From Cystobasidiomycetes sp. EMM_F5 (taxonomy: Eukaryota), in the NCBI GenBank assembly GCA_051047955.1, contig JBPGPT010000001.1, positions 682,001-746,000 on the forward strand: DNA of 64,000 nt. Direction: 5' to 3'. The notes beneath the pieces were generated by a model that was not told where the DNA came from, made no database searches, and saw only the letters and a program-made list of their open reading frames with translations. Positions 50,969 to 63,420 of the stretch are shown piece by piece. The translations under genes and the position numbers were made by a program. Position 1 is the stretch's first letter, and each line of letters begins with the position of its first letter.

Positions 50969-51879
50969 ATGTCGGGCTGGTTCTCGTACTTTACCGGAAA
51001 GCGAGCGCCGCCAACCAAAGACGCAACTCGGGATGCCATCATTGACCTGCGGGCGACGCTGTTGACGCTCAACAAGCAGGAAGAGTTCTTGAACAAGAAG
51101 ATTGAGGAGGAGGTCTCCAAGGCAAAGACTGCACTGGCCCAGGGCGGCGCGAACGGCAAGCGTGTAGCGACAAACGCAATCGCCCAGAAGAAGCGGCATG
51201 AGGCGCAGCTCGACAAGATTGCTGGTACGAGGACAAACCTGGAAGCGCAGGTGGGATCACATCCAGCCTGCCCGGCTTGTTGCGCATATCGGGCTGACTT
51301 GGGTCGGTCACTGCTACGCCTACAGCTCAACGCGATAGAGAACGCCAACATGAACATGGAGATGATGAACGCGATGAAGAGAGGCAAGGATGTGCTGAAG
51401 GGGATACATGGCAGTCTGTGCGTTGTGGGATGGATCTGCAGGTTTTGTGGCTGAACATTGAGCTTATCGCTATGCATAATCATGCCCCCTCGACTATTGT
51501 CAATACAGCAACATCGACTCTGTCGAGCAGCAGATGGAGGACATTCGGGAGCAAATGGCGCTGGGCGACGAAATCTCCAATGCAATTTCCAATCCAGTTG
51601 GAATGGGTCAAGAATTCGACGAGGATGAACTCAAGGCAGAGTTGGATGAGCTCGAGCAAGAAACACTTGATGCGCAACTTGAAGGTGCGCGCCCTGTGCC
51701 CATGCACAGCCCCACACCGGCCACAAGAATCGGCGCTTTGCCTTGTAAGTTCAGACTCACGATGGTGTGTCCGAATGTTGCTGAAATCTTTCTGCTTTCC
51801 AGCTGCTCCAACAAAGACACGAGAAGAAGAAGACGAGGACGCCGAGTTGCGCGAACTGCAAGCGGCACTGGCTTCGTGA
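50969..51879 (+). CDS. SNF7: ESCRT-III subunit Snf7/Vps32
   Basis: MSGWFSYF..RDAIIDLR, LNAIENANMN, MEDIREQM..EISNAISNP..DEDELKAELDELEQE, C-terminal MIM EDAELRELQAALA. Confidence 0.95.
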
Positions 51880-52157
51880 TGCAAGACTCTTCTACGCCTG
51901 GCCAGCCTGTGGCTATTGCGTAATATAACTATCATTCTGTATTCGAGGTTGCTCTGGCCCGTCTGCAAACCCCATTGTATCGAGTTACGAAGCCTGCTTC
52001 CTGATGCACTCAGTAGCCTGTATCTGTACTTGTAGTGTACGTCGCAGAGTGTTCCGTGCGTTAATGTTGAGAATAGGAGTGGATGTCATTTCAAAAGCGG
52101 GTGAAACGGGTGCGAAAACCTCTTCCGCAGCAACATATTTGCAATCATCATATGACA

Positions 52158-55100
52158 TTATGAATTTGCTACGCTAGACTTGATCCTTTTCAAAGGCGCC
52201 GGAAGCAGTACAGACATTTTGCCTGGTTCTTGGCTATACGAGGCAGCGCCGATTCCTAATCCATTCGCTATAGATGCCGAAGCAGCTGACGGCCCCGCCT
52301 GCGACAAAGCGCTAGGCGCTGAGGCGCCGGTGCCGATTTCCCGCTTTCGCTTGCCAATGAGCACCCGGCCTGACGATGATGATACTTCTGGCCTCGTCAA
52401 TACTACCCTTCGCACTTCGTCAGCAGCATGCCCTGTTGGTGCATCATCGTCATCCCATAGATCGAAGGAAGTGAGTCGTCTAGCTTGCAGAAAAGGCCGT
52501 AGAAGCCCAATCTGATGTCGTATCCCGTCGGCTGATAGCGGCACGGTGGGCGGCGGTGGATCAAATGGCAGTGGAACGTCCAGTCTGCAGTATGAGATAA
52601 GCACGGTCACATCAGGGGACACACTGCATTACTTGCACTGACTCGTTATGAAATAGTTTACGCAGCGTATAATTCCGCAACTCTCGCAGATCGAATGCAG
52701 TCTCACCAGAGATGCCGAGATCTTCAAAGCGGTAGTGGTCGTGTTCTGACATGACTGTTATACGCATTCTACAAAACGAAAGCTGAAGCGTAAGCAGTTT
52801 TCGCCAGATCACATCTATACAGACGCAAGCTGGATTTGGCGCTAAACTCACATATTGCGATAGTTATCGTTATCTTCGTCGTCGTCGTCTTCATTTGTAT
52901 CATTGCCAATTAAATTTTCGTCAACGTAGATGCGCCTGTCGGAAGATGATATATCTACATCCAGTTCCTTCAGGTATGTTTCTTGCAGCCGCTCCGCTAA
53001 CGAGGTGATCCGCTCGCTTTTCCGTGGCAAGGTTCGTCGAATGTATCGCCGTATAGGGTCAATAGCAGTTGCATCACCAGCGTTGTTGTGCAAAGAATTG
53101 TCCGCCAGAATCTTTGTTATGAGATGCTATCAAGGGAATCAGTGTTCCTCCCTCATGATCCTCAAAAGTAATTGAGCTCACGGCGGATGACCAGTGCCGC
53201 CCGTGACGTTCCCTGTAGAAGGCGGCCGTTTTTCCCAAATTCTGCAGATACTGCACGACCATTGAAGTCATAGTAGCCAATGCACCTTTCCTGACGCCTA
53301 CAGTAGCAAGTTTGGTCAGTAATGTATATCTTCCACTAAATTTCGGCCATGAATGCTCCGACTGACGGTCAAATCCAGTATGTTGGCACATTGACCGACA
53401 GAACGAGTGAACTTCCTGGTCCGCTGCTCCCATCGCCAACGTCGCATCTAGCAATTCCTGAGGTAGCTCAAACAGACTTTTCATCCGTTGATCAGGCACT
53501 AATAGCTTCGTTTCATCATCCGAATCCTCATCTTGCTCGTCTGACGATGTAGATGCTGAAATGACATCGGAGTCCGGCCTCCGTAACCGATGGATGCGCC
53601 TGTGCAGCCTTTTGATCGTTTGTATTTTGGCGAGGTCCTTGCGGAAAACACTGGGCTTTTGACTGCCGTTCAGAAGTCGTGAAACGACGATGGGATCAGG
53701 CGGCTTTTGTGGACTGGCATGCGTAAAGGGAACCGCGGGTAGGCCAGCTCGGGCCAGACTGTCCGAAGACACAGCTTGCCAGTATAGCATATCTGCCCCA
53801 TCGATTGTAAACAGCATGCTGCGAGACCTACTGCGCACCATCTGACCTTGTGACTGACCTTGTGACAAATGGGGATCATGGCCATTTTGATATATCTCCG
53901 GCATCGGCGAGTGGCAGAGGCTTGCCAGAGGTGCCATGATCGCAGTCGCTTCGACCGGGCGTTGTAGAGCCTTCGGCGATGCCGACTTTATTTTCTCAGC
54001 TGACGTAGCTGTACGATATGCTTCTGTCGCTTCGGGACCATTAAGTTCAAGGCGAGTGACCTGCTCGTCCAGTGCGCTAAATTTTGCCATATTCTCCGGC
54101 GTACGTTGCAGAGCCATTCTGTCTGAGAAACTCGCCGGCTGCACAGGCGGGGGGAGGGACGGCGTCCGCCGCTGTGGTTTACGCTCGCGCGGAACGTGGC
54201 TAACATTGTGATTAGCAGTCGCTCGCCGAGCCACAAGCGCGTTGCCTTGACCTGGATAAGTACCTGGAACGTTGGGTATACTAAGCAAGGCGGAGGATGA
54301 GGACGCTCTGTCTCTCGACAGCGGACTATGCGAGCGGTGCCGCAACGCGTCGGCCGGGTCGAGTGAGCCATGACGGACAGTCCCATTTGACAGCACTGAT
54401 GGCTCATTCTGTGCTGCCACGCCTTGCAGTAGATGTAAATTCCTGCCTCCGCCTGGATGGCTCTTTAAGCTTGTCAGGCCTTTTCGCGTTTTTATGGAGT
54501 CATCCTCCTCATCCTCGTAATGATCTTGAAAATCGTCCTCTTCATCGCTAAATAGACCATCTTCACTCGCAGGACGAAGGATATTGGTGTTGTCGTGATC
54601 CATCACGTCAACACTGACACCGCGTCCTGGCACTATAGCATATGCAGTCTCTGGGGTACCATTCAAGGCGGACTGCAAGTCGTCGCCGAGCAGACTGGAC
54701 GGGTGGAGGTATGTGCCAGCTGTGCTGTTTACGGTATGCGAGGCGTCCAGAGCATCGAGCCGTGACATGGATCGATTGAAGTGCGAAAATGCCGATGGTC
54801 TATGCAGAGGCGGAGGAGGAGCGGCCACGGGATCTGTCACGAATTCGAGCAGATGATCAGCCCGGTTGCGAAGGATACCCGCAGACTTTCGAAGCGGATG
54901 ACTCTGGAAAGGGATAGCGTCCGTGCGGACAGTGTCAACTCGATCGACAGCAGGATGATACTTCGTGCAAACACTGACCGGAAGTGTGTTATAGGTATAG
55001 CAATTATCCCATATTAGATCTAGATCGGCCTTGAAGGCGGCTTTGTCTTTGTACTGTGATGCCTTGACTTTCTTGAGCACTGTCCCTAAATCCATTGGAG

Positions 55101-55680
55101 TCGTAATGACTGCGAATGGACAAAATCAGATCCGAGTATCTCATAGCGTCTAGAAAGTCACCATTGTAATAGTCTGGCGCATCAGATTTCCTAACGCGAT
55201 TCAAGAATGCCGTCGAGTGTTCCTGTTACGCATTTTAGTGATTGATACTTTGGTGAATCCCTCCGAGCTCAACTTACCGTCATTCCTCTCAACTCCATCG
55301 TAATACGCTCCAATGTTTCGAAGAACTCGTTTGTCGTGTTCTTGATTTCCTGTGTACGGACGCTCAATTTCCCGAATATAAGCGGCATGCTGGACAGCAG
55401 GCACGACGGACCAGTCCTTCCTTGGCATCCGTGAGGATCTGCTTGAGGTCTGCTGTGTCGACAGCAGTAGCATGCTTCGGAGTTGCAGCCCGAACGGCAG
55501 AGCTTCCACTCGTACTGGCGACGGAACCTCCAGCATTATTTGGGACCGCCGAGTGATCATCGATGAAGCTCAGCAGATACTTAACACAGAAAGGGCGTCA
55601 GTCGAGCACCGACAAGCTCTGACAAGCTTCGCCTACTTTGAATGACATTGAAACGTGACGATGCCGGCCAAGTCGCTATC
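52158..55680 (-). CDS. SPT7: SAGA subunit Spt7 (bromodomain + histone-fold Bromo_TP); extreme 5' exons not resolved
   Basis: HSTAFLNRVRKSDAPDYYN|VITTPMDLGTVLKKVK..YKDKAAFKADLDLIWDNCYTYN; histone fold HTGFD..YLQNLGKT; late QIGLLRPF. Confidence 0.85.
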
Positions 55681-56515
55681 GCTGCTTTCACCGAGCTGAG
55701 ACCTGGTGCACGAGTATTGAGCCTCATGCGAGCATGTCGGGCATTCTAGCATGGTGTACCATATTTTCAACAGGTGTATTGGTCAAAGCCAGGCTGTCGG
55801 TTACTGAAGCTCGCTCAGTGACGCTGATCGAGTTGCACCCGTGGACGCGACAATATCGACGTCGGTCCTTGCTTTTTAGACTCATTGTTGAGTGTAACTA
55901 TGGTGCATGATGCTCGAGTCATGTCGCGTTGTTCTGATATCAACATGCCATGTTCAAACTTCGAAAGTCATACCCGACAACCTAGCCCGATGTAGCGACA
56001 ATACACATCCAACAGGCTGCTGTATGGAGCCTGACTCTATCTAGCACAATGCCGCAGCTTGAGCTATCCCGACGCGTGTTGCGGTGTCTTCATGAGAAAT
56101 ATTCCGGGTATAGGCGATTGGGTCGTCGCCCGCCAATGAGAGCCGCGCGCCAACACGACTGCATAGCAGATACAGCCAACGAACACTGAATCAAATGCAC
56201 GGTCAAAGACCACTATCCAACACGAATTCCAAGACCGAGTTGCTGACTGAAAAGTAGCCGAATCGCCACCGAAAACCTGTCTTCAGGGGGACACTACAGC
56301 AACCTGTCTTTGCTTGACTACAGACACTCTCGCAAAACTTGATACAGACTAACCCATTCACGCTGCCTCGCCAACTACGCTCTTTTGCTCTCCTACTGGG
56401 CTTCCTCATCCTGGCTATCGCTATCGGCCGGCGAAGTTTCACCGTGGCATTCCGCTCTCTACGCCCGCAGTTCGACCAGAACACAGTAATAGCACCTACT
56501 ACTGCTCTCTCCAAA

Positions 56516-57268
56516 ATGTCCGCTGTAATTGCAAATAACTATGATGCCAACGACAAGCGATGGAATAAGATGGGCGACCACATGCAGCAATTTCACAACT
56601 ACTTTCGGCTGGAGTTTCGGGAGATATACGACTTAGCGGACTGTTACGAGAAGAAAGGGAGAATGACTCTATCGGCGTACTTGCGGCACGCCCGTGGTCT
56701 ATATGAGCGTGAGTGGCGTGCCATGAGCTGCCTCACTCGAAATGCAGACTGACAGACTTGAATACAACCAGATCTAAATATGCACCATGGGATAGAAGAA
56801 CGCTTTGTCTTCCCAATGCTCGCTACCCGAATGCCGGAATTCAAGAAGGGGACGGGTGACCATATAAAGCAACGTGCGTACAACAAAAATATCAGAGATA
56901 TGCTTGCTGAAACCGCTGTGGTCTTCTAGACGAAATTATCCACGATGGTTTGGTGCGCTATAATGCCTACTTGAACAGTTGCGCTTCAGCGCCATCAAAA
57001 TACCAGCCAGAAGAATTGCGGAGTATAATGAGTAGCTTCGAAAAGGTGCTGTTTTCGCATCTCGACGAGGAGGTCGAGACTCTGATGGGTGAGGTCTGAC
57101 GCTCTTTCTAGTGAGCGTATGATGCTAATCGTCGCCTTTTCTGTTTTATCGCACTAAGGCCCAAATATGTCTAAATAGTGAGTGATTGTGTTATGTCCGG
57201 ATGTCATACATTGACCACATTTCCAATATAGCTGGACTCTCGACGAAATCATACGCATGAGAATGTAA
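56516..57268 (+). CDS. Hemerythrin HHE cation-binding domain protein
   Basis: MQQFHNYFR, LNMHHGIEERFVFPMLA, H(E)IIHDGL, LFSHLDEEV..WTLDEI; 4 introns. Confidence 0.88.
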
Positions 57269-57315
57269 ATCATCCTTTCTTTGCCAGTTCTGTAGTCAGC
57301 TTTCATGATTTTGTG

Positions 57316-57981
57316 ATGAAGTCGTTGTTGCCACCTTTACTCTTTTCCGCACAAACCGTACAAAGCATGGGTACTCCTTCTGCGACTCCCCTTATACGCG
57401 TACAGTCGCACATCATAAACCTGCCTACCTCCGGCCTGCCCGAATGTTTGCTGCAGCTCGTCATGCTCCAATCGCAAATGATGATCTATGTCGGCCAGAA
57501 TGGGGCCCCGGCGAGGCTTGCTGGCGATTGGAGCGTAGCTATGCCAGGAGATACCTCTTCGTCAAATATGGTAAGGCAGACCATATTGACTGTCCCGGTC
57601 GTCGCCCGCTAAAATCAGTCGACAGCCCCCAGCAACATCCCTCGCGATGTCGTCTACAAGCGATATTTCGCTCTCTATGACTAGACGTTTTGGTAAGTTT
57701 CTGGTTCTAATGCTTTCCGCTTGAACCTTTCAATTTCTCTGACGCGTTCCCGCAAAGCTCGGAGATTTAAACAACCCGTCTTCATTTCGATAGATCTCCC
57801 ATTCCTAAACGCAAGCAGCGTCGGCGAGGAAGTCGCTGGTCGTTGGGCGCTGATGCTCGAGAAGAGCATTGTCGACCACGTCAAGGCGGCCCTGGCTGAA
57901 TCCGTGCAGTCGCTTCAACAAACGAAACAAGAGATGTCCACGCCGCATATGTCACTACAGGGGGAAATGGTCGGCCGTTGA
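57316..57981 (+). CDS. Proteasome assembly chaperone 4 (PAC4/PSMG4)-like; start at 57316 or 57367
   Basis: MMIYVG..WSVAMP..PATSL..SLSMTRRL|ARRFKQPVFISIDLP..LEKSIV pattern. Confidence 0.7.
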
Positions 57982-58825
57982 GACGACATTGATGGTGTCG
58001 TGCTTTCTATGCCCCCGCGCCAATACACATGTATGTTGCATCTCCTTACGACGCGATTCTGATAGCCCATCCATGCTGGCATCGAGGACGAGGGTGGAAC
58101 AGCTTTCTCGGCACACCTATTGCCATTGGTCTCAAGTAAAAGCAACAGCATATGGACACATCTAGCTGCCAGAAGTGACGTCCAAGCCTTGACGGACGGA
58201 CCTAAGGACCGTGGTCTCTGCGCCAAAGCAGTACCAACTCTGATGCACTGCAGCCTACAAGCGCGCTCACCCAGAAGTATTGCTGTACATAAGGAGGCCG
58301 CCTACGGAGCAATTGATGCTTACTGTTTTGTAGGCTGTGCAGTCTTTTCGAGCCGTATGGCGATCTAGGAAATGGTCGCATAAGAGCAGCATTGTTGACC
58401 AATCAGCCATGTATTGTGGAAGAAGGCTGAAACGCTCGAGGTTGAGTGCATCGAGATACAATATTTTTTGCAATGGGAAAATGATTGTTATGGAGTGTCA
58501 GGATCGAGCGCGCGTGTCAAGATGCCTTTAACCTCTCCGCTGTTGGCAGTAGACAGCAAGGCAAGCAGAAGCGCGTACGTCAGTCTTTGTTGTATCGATC
58601 CGAGACCTCGGGCGAGTAAACGCAGAATACTTCTAATGTCTCCGTCTCGACGCGCTAGCAAATTGATCTACGCTTACACGGAGTGACTTTTTTATTCGCA
58701 ATGATTTGAACGAAAGCGCAATTCCTCCCAAAATTCTCCATCCTGAATTTCAACTCATTCTTCCACGAACCCTGACCACTCGCCTTCTAGCATCACGCCA
58801 GGAAATTACAAACGCAGCTGGCGGT

Positions 58826-60048
58826 TCACAGAGAAGTCTCGTTTCCGGAGCGGCGTTGGACCTGCAGGTGATTTGCATACGTCTCGAAGCGTTGACGATG
58901 TTCTGCTGGGAAATACTTGTGTAATTGCTCGACCATGTTGCGGTCTAGTCTAAGCGAGCGGAGATAGAGGGCATCAAAGTCTGGGTCCATGTTGTAGATG
59001 CGGTTGGCAATGAAGGGAAGGTCGGCGGTGCGAATCTTGTACGAGCTCGAGAGGGCAAATTCGCCATTCGGGTCGGCAAAGAGCTGTCGTTATGCGAGCA
59101 TGTTCAGTATGGCTTGCAGACTGATGACACGATTTACTCACCTTCGGAACCATGACTGAAGCCAGAGGACCACTCAGAGGTATGGCGTTGCCGAGCGTTT
59201 CTCGGATGTAGCCTCCAAGCCAAGATTGACCAGTGCTGGCGGGAGCAGCCTTTCTGATAGATCCACCGAGGCGGGTGTCGTCATACTCTAGACCGTTATG
59301 CTCAAACCTGCCTCCTCCGAGCAGATACTTGGCAGCGAGTTCTGCATTCAAGAGTGTGCGATGACCGGTCGCGTACGTAAGAGGGGGGAGAGGAGTCTCA
59401 ACATCGCGTCCCATGTCTGCAGCGACAGACCGGCGACGGTGAGGAATGTTGTTGAGAGCACCCAAAATTGTAGAGGCACTCGTAGCGGAGCAGCAGTAGT
59501 TGTTGCCGACAAAGTTAGCTCTACGAACCATTTACATAATGGGCGTATTTGAATATTGATAAGCGATTGTCAGAAGCTAGAAAGGACATGGCTTACAATA
59601 CTTCGTTAGAGGCACAGCATCCCTCCCTAGTATAAGCATCGTGCTGGTCTCGAGTCAATGGGATTGTCATCCGTTAAGCAAGCCAGTACGAACTTACCGA
59701 TCTCTGGGTTGGACAGCACTGGCCAGAGCGGTCGTACTTTGCACTTGCACAAGAAGCAGTCGAAGGTGCAGGCGCAACAGGTGCCTGGGGTCCGTTACCC
59801 TGATGTCGTTTAACCTTTCCGAAAGCTCGTTTCTCGCGTAAGTCCTGTGCGCTGACCTGGCGGCCAGCTACGAGGTGTCGCAAGTCGGTCTTGGACAGAT
59901 GCGCCTTGCCAACGACATGTCCATTAGCACCCGTCAGGGGTTGAGCGAGCACAGGGAGCGGCGGCAGCGCAACGTCTATTGCGTAGGACAGGGATGGGAG
60001 GATAGCGATGCCAAAGATGGCTAGGGAAGCGAGTGTGGGTGAGAGCAT
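58826..60048 (-). CDS. Secreted Cys-rich preproprotein with dibasic (Kex2-type) sites; unknown family
   Basis: Signal MLSPTLASLAIFGIAILPSLSYA; three canonical introns give a continuous frame with EKR, VKR, C..CC..CC..CC and HRRR, then a Cys-free C-terminal domain. Confidence 0.7.
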
Positions 60049-60644
60049 GCTGGAGGAGCAGTGCAAGAAGTCTGGTCCGCAATTATGAGTGGGAGGGCTG
60101 AAGGGAGTGTGGGTCGAATGACAGTGTGTTGGGCGTGCGAGGCTGCAAGGAGATGCTGCGCAAATGGACGTATATCTGCTACTGATTGAAGTGAACGGAA
60201 GCAGAGCCACGCAGTGCGCCGTTCAGATGTGATGTTGAGGCTGAAATATCTCTCAGGAGACACCTTGCGCAGGGGCAAAACATCAAAACTCCGCCGAGCG
60301 AGGATCTGACTGCAAAAGGGGGCTGCAGGGGCAGGCAACGCCGTCTTTTCTGCATCGAAGTTGGCTTCGTCTTCTTGATACTCTTGCGTATGCTCATCAC
60401 TCCCGGAATGCAAGACAATTAGATAAATCGCAACCAATTGCGAAGCCAATCAGCATCGTTCGGTTTCAGCTGAAACAACTTCGGATTGAAATTCAGGCTT
60501 TGGTTCAAGGAGCAAACATCAGTGCAGGCTGTGAGTATATGTTAGCGAGTGAGAGTCCTGATTGCGATGCATACTGGGAGTTGCGGCAAAGAAAAGCTGC
60601 TTCTTCTGTGGCGTTGTCGGCTTTTGCGAACTTTATGCGTCGCC

Positions 60645-63420
60645 ATGTTTTGCAATACGCCAAGTGAAGCTGCCCATACTTCTGCACTCATGCCTCTGGT
60701 CATGGACGCGCCGGGACCATCGACCACTTCCACCGTCTCAGCGTCCGGCGTGGAAGCCATTACGACTGAACTCGACGTGAATCCGCTGGTACAGACAAGC
60801 GAATTGTCCTTGGAGGAAGTCTACGATGTTGTGGGGACGTGTAGAGAGATCAGAGAACGTGGCTGGACGAGGGTTAGTCTCCTTCTGTGCGGCAATCTTC
60901 AACGCTGATTCATCTGACTTGAACAAAAAACCCAACAGGTCTGTTTGCAATTCCCAGACGAACTGCTGCATGATTCCGTATCTGTCTTCAAGGCAATCAG
61001 GAAGCGTCTTCCAGACCACGTAGAAATGTACGTGATGGCAGACACTACTTATGGAAGGTAAGCTTGCGGATGCACTGCAGCCAGGTGGTGATGCTAACGG
61101 CATCAATCATATACAGCTGCTGTGTCGACGAGGTAGCAGCGCAACACGTGGATGCGCAAGCCATAATCCACTACGGGCATGCCTGCCTGACTGCGTGAGC
61201 TTTGATTACGGCCACTCGTCACTCGCTGACTACAATTCTTGGCAACAGATCCTCGCGTCTGCCGGTGCTATACGTGTTTCCCAAGATGTCTATCGATACT
61301 CGTCACGCCCAAGAATCAATACGCACGTATCTCCGTTCGTCGGACGTTAGAAGCATTCTCGGAGACCGTAGCATCCTCGTTCTGCGAAGCGACGTCGCAT
61401 ACTACTGGCAGCTAGAGGAGCTATATCAACAGCTCAAACAAAGTCTAAGCCAGCAGTACACCTTATACAAGACGGACATCGATACCAGCGCATACCTGCA
61501 TCCTGACGCTTCTGCAGTGCCTAAAGTCATAGCGACACCCGAGCAGCAGACAGCGCCAGTGACAGATTCTGTCAGACAGACGACTCGCTCACGGTCTCGC
61601 TCAAAGTCTCATTCAGGCAAATCATTGCCCATCGTAGCAGCACCCGCTCCAGTCGCGCTGGCACAAGGTTTCTGCTGTGCCCTGCACGCATCGTCTGCCG
61701 ACGGACCCAGTGTCTGTGGATGTCGACCTGGTGATGCTATAGCTGGATGTTCAGCGAATTCCGGCGAAGCTGTCAGTCTCAAGACAAGGAGGCGGACTGC
61801 CCTCGCAACTTCGGCCAAGACGAAAACATCGACAAAGCAAGCTCTGTCGAGACCAGCACCAGTTGCTCTTGCACAAGGGTTCTGCTGCGCACCGCATGCC
61901 TCTGATCGTGACGGCCCGACCGTATGTGGGTGTCAACCTGGAGACGCGATTGCGGGTTGTTCAGCCAATTCCGGAAAGTCGGTGTCACTCAAGAAGCGAA
62001 CGCATAGCACCGGAGCAAGAAAGCCGGTGTCTGCTAAGGAGCCAGTCTCAGCTCCGGTTGCTCTAGCACAAGGCTTTTGCTGTATGCCCCATTCGACCGA
62101 TGGTCAGGCTGTCTGTGGCTGTCAGGCCAGCGACAAGATCCCAGGATGCACTGCTCATAACGCGACTAATCCAGATACTCCTCCGCGACAAGCTCCGCCC
62201 GCTCCACTCATGGAGTCCGCAACACCCCGGAAAGACACGAGTATTCACATCGTCAACGATTCAGCACCTGAAGGCGCTCAAATGCCTTCCAACAAAAACC
62301 TGCAGGAGAACGGTGTCATCATATACATCGGCGGAGAGTCTCTGACGTTGTCAAACCTGCTGTTAACGAATTCGACTACCCCAGTCATTTCGTATGACCC
62401 AAAGAGCAAGATCTGCAAAGTAGAGTCGGAGCGGACAAACAAGATGCTCATGCGCAGGTACGGTACCATTCAGCGTGCTAAGGATGCGGACGTATTTGGC
62501 ATCGTAGTCGGAACATTAGGGGCAGGTAAGCTAACCTCGATATCTGTGCTGCGGTGTTTTGCTGATATGCCGTGTTTAATTCAAGCTGCATACCTCCCAA
62601 CACTTGCCTATCTTCGAAAGCTCCTGAGACAGCACCGCAAAAAGTCGTACACCATGGCAGTAGGCAAGCTCACCCCGTCAAAGCTCGCCAATTTCCTCGA
62701 AGTGGAGTGTTGGGTACTAGTCGCGTGCGGCGAGAACTCCTTGGTGCAGGGTCACAAGGACTTTTATAAGCCCATCATCACTCCGTATGAACTGGAAGTA
62801 GCGCTTGGCGCACGTGGTTGGCTAGGTTCAGCAAGCGACGAGACTTCCACGGCGGGCATCGACGATGGCTATACTCTCGACTTTGCAAGTGTTCTCAAGC
62901 AAGCACAAAGTCGGCAGCAGACCATCGAGGATGATGCGGACCCGCATCGTGCTGAGAAAGACAGAGAAGCCGGCGATGATGCCGATGCTCCCGTCTACTC
63001 GACCGTCAGCGGAACGTATCGATATCGGCGAAACTACGGCGATAATAAGGAAATTGCGGGTATGTGGCGCCACTCGATACGCACTGTGTCTTGAACGCTG
63101 ACAGTCTGTATCAGATGCTCACGATCTAGCGAGCCAAGTTTCCGCTCTGGCTATCCGCAACAATGATTCTGCATTGGCCACAGTATTAAACGCTGCGGGC
63201 GGTAAGTAACTTTCGTAATCCACGTCAGTGGGCCACATCTTGATTACTACATCCTCCAGGTCAACACTTGGCTACGAGAATCTACAAAGGCCTCGAACCT
63301 CGGTATGGTCAAGACGAGCCGGCGGTGCTGGAAGTCGGGCGTAGCGGTATTGCAAGCCGGTATAGCGGGGATCTTGAAGCTGCAACGACAAAGTCCGTCT
63401 CGGACGGTCTCGACGAGTAG
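60645..63420 (+). CDS. DPH2: Diphthamide biosynthesis protein Dph2 with a large Cys-rich repeat insert
   Basis: [100 protein letters not shown]. Confidence 0.95.
61646..62161 (+). repeat. Three coding repeats of ~37-46 aa inside DPH2: [37 protein letters not shown]
   Basis: Copies start at ~61646, ~61856 and ~62051; amino acids are near identical while third codon positions differ. Confidence 0.95.

Noticed and set aside
58000..58800. Short ORFs between the PAC4-like gene and the secreted protein
   Set aside because: No coherent exon chain or motif was found.
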